NCBI RefSeq assembly: GCF_004010195.1
Contig: NC_057719.1
Location: 79,867,030-79,917,722 of the forward strand
DNA length: 50,693 nucleotides
From: Chiloscyllium plagiosum
Taxonomy: Eukaryota
Direction of reading: 5' to 3'
The position numbers were made by a program, and so were the translations under genes. This document shows, piece after piece, positions 36,903 to 47,927 of this stretch (its first letter is position 1; the number at the start of each line of letters is the position of its first letter). The notes under the pieces are model-generated. The model was given only the letters and a program-made list of their open reading frames with translations. It had not been told where the DNA came from and made no database searches.

Positions 36903-37739
36903 TGGTCTCATACACTTGAAGTCTCAGCGGGTTGGTGGATATGTGGTGAGTGCAGTTCGCAGCTCACCAATGCACATATGTGTTCCGCTGCAATCTGTCT
37001 TTACCAGTGGTGTATGCACCTCGGCCTTACATTTGGATGTGATGCTTCTTAAGCATGAATAGCTTGTCAATGGATTTGAGCTAGTACCCACTAATCCCAG
37101 CCACTGGGGCCAAAAAGAAACTGAATGGAAGGAAATATTTGTTTGCCCCAGCAATGTTGCCGACTGCTATGCAAAGCTGAAACTAATCAAAGGATTTTGA
37201 ATTATGTATAAGAGTGTGAGGTCGCCCTGGCAACGAAAGCAATTCCTTCCAGTTCCAGACAGGTCCTTGAGACAATGCTCTCAGTATCATAGGAGCCTAA
37301 TAACTTACTGATAAATGATCCTAAAGATAGTTACAGAACGGTAATTGAGAGCAGTGAGCTGCTAAAAAAAAATGTGAGCCCATATCCAACAAAGTGCAGA
37401 GGGATGCAATTGGATATGGAGTGTTGGGACCGTCGCTCGCCAAATGTGGCTCCAGATCACAGGGCTGATGAAGAAGGACAGTTTTATAGTGAGGGTGAGT
37501 GGATTGGTTCACCCTCTGTTTGCAATGCTTCCACTTATTACTTGCAATGACCCCACTTTCAATGATCCATTCCAATCATGAACCCTCCTATGTTATCCCA
37601 GGACTTGAGAAGGGGCTTTACCTCTTGGAAAGCCTCTGGCAACCTTGGTTCATAGTATTTTTTGTCTTCTTGCTCTCCGTTGCTCTTCTGCTTCCAGTGT
37701 GATGCAGCTCCCCAGTACAGCTATCCCACTCATTTAACT

Positions 37740-37985
37740 CAGGTGAAAGCCGTAGCTGATAATCCTGGCTGACGTTCCCACTGCAATGCAGAGGGTGGGT
37801 TGCAGTGTCAGAGGTGCTGTGCTTCAGGTGAGACATGAAACTTGCCCTCTCAAATGAATGCAAAAGCTTTCATGGCACAGCTTTAGCAAAGAGCTACAGG
37901 AGTTTCCCCTGGTAAACACCTGACCCTGAGCCAATATCACTAAAAAGAAAATACATGGTCAAAATTATTTGCCTGTGAAGAACTT
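37740..37985 (+). mobile_element. Degraded DeuSINE-like SINE
   Basis: tcagaggtgctgtgcttcaggtgagacatgaaac..catggcac..ggagtttcccctggt..ccaatatcactaaaa. Confidence 0.5.
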
Positions 37986-38004
37986 TGCTGGGTTTTTTTC
38001 CAAA

Positions 38005-38400
38005 TTTTAAGGTGAGAGGGGAGAGATACAAAAGGGTACAGAAGGACAATTTCTTTCACTCAGAGGGTGGTGCATGTCAGGAACATGTCTGGACACGCGT
38101 GCAATTTTGTCATTTATGGAACATTTGGACAGGTACATGGATGGGGCAAGTGTGGAGGGATATGGACCAAATGCAGGCAAATGGGACTGGTTTAAATGTG
38201 AAAACTGAGTAGCATGGGCAGGTTGGGCCGAAAGGCCTGTTGGAGATAGAACTGTAGATGCTCGAGATCAGAATGGATAAAGAGTGGAGCTGAAAAAAAC
38301 TCAGTTGGTCAAGCAGCAACAGACAAGGAAGGGATCAGACGCTTCAGGTCAGAACCTTTCATCAGGCCCTGTTTCCATGTTATCGACCTCTATGACACTA
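38005..38400 (+). mobile_element. CR1 3' tail with a nested minus-strand PLE terminus (about 38252-38366)
   Basis: FKVRGERYKR. The tail ggcctgtt|..|ccctgtttccatg is split by a segment ending ctttcatcagg (reverse complement CCTGATGAAAG). Confidence 0.7.
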
Positions 38401-38895
38401 CGACTGTAAATTGGCTATTGCATTCCTGATAGTGTTATGATAGTAGCTACATGTCAAATAACAGCTGCAAATGCTTGGAGATGTCCTGAAGTTCTGAAAA
38501 ACATCATGCAAATCAAGTTTCGTTTTTACTTTTGCTGTAAAATTACATCGCACAGAAAATGGTCATTTGATCCTGTTCATGCCTGTTCAATTCATCCTTC
38601 TCCTTCCCTTAGTAATGGCTTCTCTTCTGAAGCATGCATCCAATTCCGAAACTATGAAATTGCTTTCCAGATTGGAATAGCTTGCTAAATAAAAAAATAA
38701 TTCTGTCATTTCCCCTGCGGTCCTTTTGCCAAAAGTGTCGAGTGTGTGTCATTTGGTTACTGACCTTAACAGCAGTGAAATATTTTTTTCCTTATCAATA
38801 TTTCATAATTTTCAATATCTCTAGTCAATCTCCCTTTTATATTTTTTCTGCTCTGAGGAGAACTATCTCTAGGCTCTCTGCATGTCGATGATATT

Positions 38896-39115
38896 CGAGA
38901 GTGTGGTGCTGGAAAAGCACAGCAGGTCAGGCAGCATCCCAGGAGCAGGAAAATCAATGTTTCGGGCAAAAGCTCTTCATCAGGCCCTCCTGATGAAGGG
39001 CTTTTGCCTGAAACATCGATTCTCCTGCTCCTCGGATGCTGCCTGACCTGCTGTGCTTTTCCAGCACTACATTCTCGACACTAATCTCCAGCATCTGCAG
39101 TCCTCACTTTCGCCT
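38896..39115. mobile_element. 220-bp ORF-less fold-back PLE mini-element with two divergent hammerhead cores and a perfect 14-bp TSD
   Basis: 89-bp arms 38896-38984 and 38989-39077 (about 7 mismatches, 4-nt spacer). CTGATGA 38990-38996 and GAAA 39010-39013 on plus, mirror copy on minus. TSD atgtcgatgatatt at 38882-38895 and 39116-39129. Confidence 0.93.
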
Positions 39116-39197
39116 ATGTCGATGATATTATTGTACCTTGTAGGTAGCAAACAAGCATTGGGGTCGGGAGCAGAAAGTGAATTACTCACTAACCACT

Positions 39198-39492
39198 GAC
39201 TGGCACAGTGGCTCAGTGGTTAGCACTACTGCCTCTCAATGCCCAGGTTCAATTCAGGCTGTGTGGAGTTTGCACATTCTCCCTGTGTCTGCGTGGGTTT
39301 CCTCCAGGTGCTCCAATTTCCTCCCACATTCCAAAGATGTGCAGGTCAGGTGGATTGGTGATGTTAAATTGCCCATAGAGTACAGAGATGTGAATTAGCC
39401 GTGGGAAGTGCAGGATTACAGAGTGGAGGATGTTCTTTGGTGGGGATGGGCTGAATGGCCTGCTTCCACATTGTGGGGATTCTATGATTCTA
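39198..39492 (+). mobile_element. HE1-like V-SINE
   Basis: tggctcagtggttagcact, ggttcaattc, V-domain, (TTCTATGA) tail. Confidence 0.88.
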
Positions 39493-39631
39493 TTCTTGTA
39501 ACCATAGTATTTGTATGGGTGGTCCAGCTCAGCTACAGTTGTTGTTATTGGGTGTTTGAGCAATGGGGTGCCATTAAACTTCAGGGGATGATGGTTAGAT
39601 TCGCTCTTTTGATGGGCGTGGTCATCATCTG

Positions 39632-40572
39632 TGTTATCACCACACACTGGCAAGGCACCCCAAATTATTATGGGTTCAGACAGCTACCCCAAATCATTCA
39701 TCTCCTGCATGAAGAAGGGTGAAAGGGCATTGCTTCTTTATTTACTTTCCCTCTCGGTTGGTCATCTTTATCAGAGATTCAAATGAATCTATGTTTTAAA
39801 AGGAGCCAATAAAACGAACCAGACTTTCTTGAGTTCATAAAGGAGTGGGTTTATTAATTACTAAATGCAAGAACAAATAATAATACATGGCACACACACA
39901 TGGAGTACAAACAAGGTGCCACACCAAAAGAAAGATGAATTGAAAAGATATGCAGACATTCCTCTGGGCCGTTCAATGAGGATAGATAGTGAAATGTCAC
40001 AAGTTGAAAACTTGGTTTAGGGATTTTTGGCTTTGAAGGCGATTGAAATCCTTTTGTTTTGTCTCCTGTTGACAGTGCTTGGCTGGTATTAGAGTGAGAG
40101 AGTATGACTGGCTTGCTGGCCAGTTAGAGCGAGAGTCTCCTTTTTCCTGCAATGCAGGTTTGAATATTGGATGGCTTCTTGACTGTGACCATCGCAGGGT
40201 TTGAACCCAAGCTTGTAAAAGGCTGCCTCAGTTCCACTAGCGCACACAGACCAAGACTGCAGTCAGTTTATAGTCCACAAGGACAAAATACTCCCACATG
40301 TCTGCAAGAGGTGGTTTTCTGCAGAGTAGGAGGGACACAGTAAGCCCATCATTATTTCTTCCTGTTACATCTCTATATCAATTTGTAGTTTCCCTGACAC
40401 ACTACATGTGTAACATTTCATAGGTCCCACCCAGGACATTGCCAGACCCATTGAAGTTACTCTCACAATTTAGCTTCGTTTGTAGTATTCCTCTTTTGAA
40501 AACCATGTTTTAGAAATTAAAAGTTAAAAAAATGTCCATAGTACTTTAGGGTCCTAATCCAAAATCGTGACA
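39632..40572 (-). mobile_element. Probable solo LTR (about 940 bp) inserted in an L2-like fragment
   Basis: TG..CA ends with imperfect inverted termini TGTTAT/GTGACA. Flanks tctg/cccg (degenerate 4-bp TSD). Minus-strand AATAAA near 39850. L2-like sequence on both sides is collinear. Confidence 0.5.
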
Positions 40573-40689
40573 CCCGGCATGAAAATGTGGCATGCAAGTT
40601 ACTTATCATTTCTTAGCCCAAACCTGGATGTTACCAGACTTTGGAAATGCTGTATTTTGGAAATGGGCTTCATTATTAGAAGAGTTGTG

Positions 40690-41870
40690 AATGAGTCATA
40701 GAGTTGTACAGGATGGAAACAGACCCTTCGTTCCAACTCATCCATAATGACCAGATATTCCAAACTGATCTAGCTCCATTTGCCAGCATTTGGCCCATAA
40801 CCCTCTTAACAGGGGATATGACCAAGAGACTCACAAATGACACAAAGCGAACAAAGTAATGAGGAGGATAGCTGGAAAATGCAGGAGGATATCAAAGGAC
40901 TGGTCAGCTGGACAAAACAGTGCCAAATGGTATTCAACCCAGTGATATACCAGGGGAAAGGCTAACAAGGCAAGGGATTGCACTATGAGTGATAAGAGCC
41001 TGGAAAGTGCTGAACTCCAGAGGGATCTTGGTAAGCATTTCCACAAATATCTGAAAGTTGCAGAGCAGGTAGATAAGGTGGTTAAGAAGGAACTTGGGAT
41101 ACTTGCCCTGGTTAGCCAAGGCATAGAGCCAGGAGGTTAGGCCAGAACTGTATAAAATGCTGGCTAGTCTACAACCGGAGTACTGTATGCAGTTGTGGGC
41201 ACTACATCTATAAGGAAGATGTGAGGGTAGAGAAGAGATTTACCAGGATGCTGTCTGGGCTAGAGAGTTGTAGAAAAGAAAGATTGGACAAGCTGGGGCT
41301 TTTTTCCTTGGAGCAACTAAGACTGAGAGGGGAGCTGATAGAGGTGTATAAGATTATGAAGAACTTGGATAGGGTAGATCGGAAGGTCCTTTTTTCCATT
41401 TGTAGAGGGGTAAGTAACCAGGGGGCATTGATTTAAGATAAGAGGTGAAAGGGGAGATGAGGTGGAGGTTTTCTCACTCGGAGGGTGGTGGGAACTCAGA
41501 ACCCACTGACTGACTGAAAGGATGTTCAAGTAGAAACTCCCACAAAATTTCAGCAGTATTTATATAGGAAGGTATGAACAGGAGTAGGCCATTCAGCCCA
41601 TCAAACCTGTTCTGCCATTTAATGAGATCCTGGCTGATCTGTGCCTTAACTCCATATACCTGTCTTTGGCCCTTATCACTTAATATCTTTGCTTAACATA
41701 ATTTTACCTATCTTGCTTTTAAAATCAACAACAGACCTAGTCACCCACTTGACCTACCAAAGTCTCTAAGAAAGAGCTGGAAAATAGAATTAGTATTGTC
41801 AGATCTTTGTTAACTGGCACAAATACAATGGGCTGATTGGCCTCCTTCTGTACTGTAAATGTTTGAGTCT
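40690..41870. mobile_element. Cluster of decayed CR1 fragments (main one plus strand about 40830-41560, minus tails about 40690-40810 and about 41565-41750)
   Basis: RVEKRFTRMLSGLE..ERLDKLGLFSLEQLRLRGELIEVYKIMK. Confidence 0.75.
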
Positions 41871-41884
41871 ACGAAACTAATGTG

Positions 41885-42198
41885 GGTGGCATGGTGGCCC
41901 AGTGGTTAGCACTGCTGCCTCACAGCGCCAGAGACCCGGGTTCAATTCCCGCCTCAGGCGACTGACTGTGTGGAGTTTGCACGTTCTCCCCGTGTCTGCG
42001 TGGGTTTCCTCCGGGTGCTCCGGTTTCCTCCCACAGTCCAAAGATGTGCAGATCAGGTGAATTGGCCATACTAAATTGCCCGTAGTGTTAGGTAAGGGGT
42101 AAATGTAGGGGTATGGGTGGGTTGCGCTTCGGCGGGTCGGTGTGGACTTGTTGGGCCGAAGGGCCTGTTTCCACACTGTAATCTAATCTAATCTAATC
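41885..42198 (+). mobile_element. HE1-like V-SINE, young copy
   Basis: Intact A box TGGCCCAGTGG and B box GGTTCAATTCC, CpGs retained, (TAATC)4 tail. Confidence 0.95.
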
Positions 42199-42219
42199 AC
42201 TAGAAAAGTAATCTAATGT

Positions 42220-43280
42220 ACATTCATCAGTGAACATACCCACTTCTGACCTTATGATGGAGGGAAGGTCATTGATGAAGCAACTGAAGATGGTTGGGGC
42301 TATGACACTACCCTGAGGAACTCCTGCAGACTTATCCCTGGAGCTGAGATGGCTGACCTCCTACAAACACAACCATCCTCCTCTATGCCAGGTATGACTA
42401 ACCAGCGGAGAGCTTGCCCTGATACCCATTGATTCCAATTTTGCGAGGCCTCCTTGATGCCACTCTTGGTTGAATGCGACCTTGATGTCAAGGGCTGTTA
42501 TCTCACCTCTCCTCTGGAATTCATCTTTTTTGTCCATGTGTGGACCAAGGCTGTAATGAGGTCAGGAGCTGAGTGGGCCTGGTGGACCCCAAACTGGGCA
42601 ACACTGAACAGGTTATCGCTGAGCATGTGCTGCATGAAAGCATGGTTGATGACACCTTCCATCACTTTACTGATGATCAAGAGTAGGCTGATGGGACGAT
42701 AATTTGCCAAGTTGGATTTGTCCTGCTTTTTCTTTGTGTCGAGGGCAATTTCCCACAGTGTTGTAGCTGTACGGGAACAGCTTGGCTAGGGGTGTGGCAA
42801 TTTCTGCAGCACAAGTCTTCAGTGCTATTGCTGGAATATTGTCAGCACCCATGGCCTTTCCAATATCCAGTGTTTCCAGCTGTTTCTTGTCATCACATGG
42901 AGTGAATCAGATTGATTCTAGTCTGGTATCTGTATTGCTGGGGAAGTTTTGGGGGAGGCCAGGATGGATCATCCATGTGGTAGTTCTGATTGAAGATAGA
43001 TGCTAATACTTCAACCTTACTTTTTTCACTGAAATGTTGGGATTCCCCAACAATCAGGATGGGGATGTTTGAGTTTTTTAATTGGCCACCATTACTCAAG
43101 ACTAGACGTGACAACAGGGCTTAGATCTGACCCGTTGGTTGTGGGATCACTTAGCTCTGTCTGTCACATGTTGTTTGCACTGCTTGGCATTCAGGCAGCC
43201 CTCTGTTGTAGCTTCACCAGGTTGGTAAATCTCTTTTACATCTGGTGCTACCCCTGACATGCCCTCCTGCTCTGTTCATT
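42220..43280 (-). mobile_element. L2/Crack-like LINE RT remnant
   Basis: GADNIPAIALKTCAAEIATPLAKLF and ANYRPISLLLIISKVMEGVIN..AQFG..HSAPDLITALVHTW. Exact clade uncertain. Confidence 0.75.
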
Positions 43281-44274
43281 AAACCAGGGAAGTCAGTGTT
43301 AAGATCCATAATGGCGGCAGTTACAGGCCAGAGCAGGAGGTACACAATTGCACCGTTTGTCATCCACTGCTGTGTAAGGAAGTTTCTGTTCAAAAACAGG
43401 TAGCTGCATTTCATTCTGTATTATCAAAGAATGCAGTGAGCATGCCCCTCCTCTAGGATCATGGGATTCCCCATGGCACAAAGTGGCATTGATTGCACAT
43501 GTTAATTTGCAATTGTCAATTCCGCCATGCAATGAATTCAAAAGATGTTCTAATCCTCAAAGGCCCACTGGTGTGGCGGTGGGCTGACAATCATGCAGAT
43601 CGACGTACAGAATTCTGACAGTCATGCTGCCTTCATGCAGCGGCCAACTGTAGCGGGTAGCTACTGGGTGGCAAAGGCTGTCCGCTGGCCACATGGTTGG
43701 TCCATTGGCTACGCAATCTACACACACGTTGGTAGCGTGCATGCAGTGAAAGTCATGCTGCCAATTGAAATGCTACAGAGTGTATTGGCATGCTGGACCA
43801 CTCTAGGATATTACTCAGCAGCGGGATGTCAACACTCAAGGTCTGCTCCCTTGAACTGCCAGTGTGCAGTGCAGCAAGATATCAAGGATTTTGCACTAGC
43901 ACCTCCGAACTGACCCATAAGCTCCGGTACCAAGGGCAGCAGATACATGGGGAACCACCAGTTTCAGGCTCTCCTCTGTGTCAAACACCTTGGTAATACA
44001 TCGCTGTTGCTTCATTGTCAGTGGGTCAAAATGAAGCACTCTCTACCTCTTGGAGTACCTTCACTAAGCAGCTCAAAATGGAATCTGTTCAATAATTTGG
44101 ATCAACGTGGAATGATCAATAAATGTTGATCTTTCCTGTGATAACTTATGCCCTAAGAATCAACTCCTAGCCAAGTAATACTATGGAAAAGGTTCAGTAT
44201 CCTTTGGTGGCAACCCATCCCATTCATGTCACTGATAAGGGAGCACGTTCTGAATCTGTAACAAGCATGGGTAT

Positions 44275-45385
44275 GGTCATAGAGTCATAGCATGGAAACA
44301 GACCCTTCGGTCCAACCCGTCCATGCTGACCAGTTATCCCAACCCAATCTAGTCCCACCTGCCTGCACCCGGCCCATATCCCTCCAAACCCTTCCGATTC
44401 ATTTACCTATCCAAATCCCTTTTAAATGTTGCAATTGTACCAGCCTCCACCACATCCTCTGGCAGCTCATTCCATACACGTACCACCCTCTGTGTGAAAA
44501 AGTTGCCCCTTAGGTCTCTTTTATATCTTTCCCCTCTCACCCTAAACCTATGCCCTCTAGTTCTGGACTCCCCCAACCCATTGGACTTTGCTGATTTACC
44601 CTATCCATGCCTCTCATAATTTTGTAAACCTCTATAAGGTCACCCCTCAGCCTCCGACGCTCCGGCAAAAACAGCCCCAGCCTGTTCAGCTTCTCCCTAC
44701 AGCTCAAATCCTCCAACCCTGGCAACATCCTTGCAACATCCTTGTAAATCTTTTCTGAACCCTTTCAAGTTTCACAACATCTTTCTGATAGGAAGCAACC
44801 CTCCACCACCACCCTCTGTCTTCTACCTTTGAGCCAGTTCTGTATCCAAATGGCTAGTTCTCCCTGTATTCCATGAGATCTAACCTTGCTAACCAGTCTC
44901 CCATGGGGAACCTTGTTGAACACCTTACTGAAGTCCATATAGATCACGTCTACCACTTTGCCCTCATCAATCTTCATTGTTACTTCTTCAGAAAACTCAA
45001 TCAAGTTTGTGAGACATGATTTCCCANNNNNNNNNNNNNNNNNNNGGTACACCTGATCAGGTCCTGGGGATTTATCCACCTTTACCCATTTCAAGACATC
45101 CAGCACTTCCTCCTCTGTAAATCTGGACATTTAGCAGATTTCCCTACAGTCTATATCTTCTATTTCCCTACAGTCTATATCTTCCGTATCCTTTCCCACA
45201 GTAAATACTGATGCAAAATATTCATTTAGTATCTCCCCCATTTTCTGCAGTTCCACACAAAGGCCGCCTTGCTGATCCTTAAGGGGCCCTATTCTCTCCC
45301 GAGTTACCCTTTTGTCCTTAATGTATTTGTAAAAACCCTTTGGATTCTCCTTAATTCTATTTGCCAAAGCTATCTCATGTCCCCT
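44275..45385 (-). mobile_element. CR1 ORF2 remnant with internal deletions and a 19-N gap (45027-45045)
   Basis: IKENPKGFYKYIK, KSPGPDQVY, SCLTNLIEF..VDVIYMDFSKVFNKVPHGRL, RRRLRGDLIEVYKIMRG. Confidence 0.9.
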
Positions 45386-45859
45386 ATGGTGTTGAAACTA
45401 GCTTTTTCTTTGCTTTTTATAAAAGTTTAAAGTATTGGACAAAAAGCTGAATTTTAAAAAAAAAGGTATTTGTGGACAACAGGATCGTGTTTGATTTTAA
45501 TGACCCAATGAGTGGTTGTTCCTCCATCTAAAAAGATAAAGTAAGGATAATTATCTGACACCTTTCATATCTTAATGGTGACTCCAAGCTTGTCACAGTC
45601 AATGAAGTACTTATGAAGTGTAGCCATTGTTGTAGTGTACAACAGTAGAACGTCAACTTTCACACAGCAAGACTTCCGTAATGATATACAAAGCAGGATC
45701 AACTCTTATATTTCTCTAAGGATTTGAGATGCCTTCTGTACAATACTCATGTTTCCAATGCACACAGAAACACTAACACTGCTGCCCTGTAGACCCTCAG
45801 CTCACTGGTGGCAAAAAGGGGTGGTAAAAAGACCAATGTCAGTTAGCACAAAGGGAAGA

Positions 45860-46370
45860 ACATGTGAATATACCACTATCCAGGTCCACTTAACAGACAT
45901 TGATGACCTCCTCCTGTGTGTCTGTGCAGCCTTTAGCTGTCTGAGGAACTCTGTGTTCGATGACAGATTTCTCAAACCCAGAAGCGAGCTGAGGGTTTAC
46001 AGGGCAGCAGTGTTAGTGAGCTTTCCATTTGCATTGGAGATATGGATAATGTACAGCAGGCATCTCAAATCCTTAGAGAAACATCACCTGCAGTGCCTCT
46101 GCAAAACCCTGCAATCCAGTGGCAGGGAGGTGCTGTAATATCAGTGTCCTCTCACAGTCATATAGTCCCACTATGGAAGCACTGATTATGCTAGACAGCA
46201 GCATTAGGCAGGTTACATCTTCTGCACGCCTGATACATGTCCTCTAAAACAAGTTCTCTTCTCCTGGCTTTGCCATGCCAAACATTTACCAGGAAGACAG
46301 AGGAAATACTTCAAGGACATCCTTAAAGCCTCCCTAAAACACATGCAAAATCCCCATTGACTCACGGAAT
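45860..46370 (+). mobile_element. RTE (BovB-like) LINE C-terminal remnant
   Basis: AFSCLRNSVFDDRFLKPRSELRVYRAAVL..EIWIMYSRHLKSLEKHHLQCLCKTLQ resembles the RTE post-RT motif. Confidence 0.7.
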
Positions 46371-46384
46371 CTCAAGCTCAAAAA

Positions 46385-46956
46385 GGGACATGATGTCATG
46401 TTGATGCTGTACAGGATGTCAGCGAGGCCTCTTCTGGAGTGCGCCCAGTTCTGGCTGGATACGTAGGAAAGATATTATTAAGCTGGAGAGGGTTCAGAAG
46501 AGATTTACCAGGATGCCAGAAATGGAGGGTATGCTTTATAAGGCGAGGCTGGATAGGCTGGGACATTTTTCACTGAAATTTGAGGGGCGACCTTACAGGG
46601 GTTTATAAAATCATAAGGGGCATGGATAAAGTGAATGGCAGGTGACTTTTCCGTAGGGTGGGGGATTTCAAGACCGGGGGTATATTTTTAAGGTGAGAGG
46701 AGAAAGATTTTAAAAAGACATGAGGGGCATTTTTTTTAAACAGAGATTGGCTCGTGGGTGGAATGAACTTCCAGAGGAAGTGGTGGATGTGGGCACAGTT
46801 TCAACATTTAAAAGACATTTAGATAAATACATGAATAAGAAATATTTGGAGGGAAATGGGCCAAGTGCAGGCAGGTCAGACTAGATTAGTTTGGGATTAT
46901 GGTTGGCGTGGACTTGTTGGACCAAAGGGTGTGTTTCCATGCTGTATGACTCTATG
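46385..46956 (+). mobile_element. CR1 3' fragment
   Basis: gagagggttcagaagagatttaccaggatg..tggaatgaacttccagaggaagtggtgg..tatgactctatga. Confidence 0.88.
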
Positions 46957-47077
46957 AAGTATTCACAAAGGTGCCAATCATTTTCTTCATCCCTGACTGG
47001 GGCAGGTGGAGGCCTAAGGAAAGCTGCGGAAGGAGTGGGAGCAACCCACCTGCCTTTCCAAACCCCGGCTGCCTTAC

Positions 47078-47161
47078 CTTGGGCAGGATATGCAGATCCA
47101 TCTGTGGACGGGTTCAGTCAGCTGATTGGATGAAAGTCATCCTCTGTCCCAAGGGGCTTGC
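47078..47161 (-). other. Candidate spliced exon (84 nt), probably non-coding or UTR
   Basis: Acceptor gtctttttcttcttAG and donor AAG|GTAAGG. Stops in all three frames, with a late ATG giving MDLHILPK. Confidence 0.45.
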
Positions 47162-47546
47162 CTAAGAAGAAAAAGACATCACGCTGGGTTACAAAGAGCG
47201 TGCTGTTTCACTGTCTTAGCTGACAGTGTAACATTCCCTTTGTACTGCACTGGAGCAATCAAGCAGATCAGGGACTCCAGTCTCCAGAGCCAGACGTGAA
47301 CCCCCATCACTTTCTTGTCTCAGAGACAGGAGAGACGCCACTACAAGTCTGGGCTCAAGTGAAACGTGACGGAAGTAACAGAGGGCATGAGTCAACAACT
47401 CCCAGAAAGCAGGGCAAAAGCATTGAATACGAGGACTGACAGCAGGATCGCCCATATACAGCTGGGGCAAAACTAAAATTCTTTCAGAAAAGAAGGCAAT
47501 TCTTGGAACACAGTGGAAACCCCACCCCTAAACTCTCTCGCCTTAC

Positions 47547-47643
47547 CGAGCTTCTTCCCATACCTCTGATAGGGCTTGGTCCCGTCACTAGATCTGACTG
47601 ATGCACTAAGTGTTTACGAGCTGCATGCATATTAGATGAGAGT
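47547..47643 (-). other. Candidate spliced exon (97 nt)
   Basis: Acceptor tttgtcttttattccccctattgtgtaatgttcccAG and donor TCG|GTAAGG. Lies 385 nt upstream of the 84-nt candidate. Confidence 0.4.
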
Positions 47644-47927
47644 CTGGGAACATTACACAATAGGGGGAATAAAAGACAAACACATATACATGACTCAGGG
47701 ACTTGCAGGCGCCGAAAGGGCTCCTTCACTCGACCCGTCAACATGAAATGTCAGGAGAAATGCCGGTAGCAGGCATGAAAGTGCCCAGTGCTCTGCCAGC
47801 ATGCATGACTGGGTGCTTCAATTGACAATGGAACAACAAGTTAGCACAGGCAATGACAAACTTTACTCAGCAAACATCTATAGCTAAAGGCAGAGAGTGT
47901 TAGATAAATCCGGGGAGAATATGAACG

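Noticed and set aside
38896..39077. miRNA precursor or classical DNA-transposon MITE (also 16375-16546)
   Set aside because: Arms match PLE termini attached to RT/GIY-YIG elsewhere in the window. The asymmetric tail and 14-bp TSD do not fit typical TIR superfamilies. Small-RNA production is untested.
41885..41955. tRNA gene-like A/B boxes (also in the other SINE heads)
   Set aside because: These are tRNA-derived SINE heads continuing into the V-domain and LINE-like tail, with no Pol III terminator directly after.
43290..43920. ORF 43593-43913 and YY1-like ATAATGGCGGC
   Set aside because: No recognisable domain or splice structure, an isolated short motif, and the distal part looks like decayed LINE.
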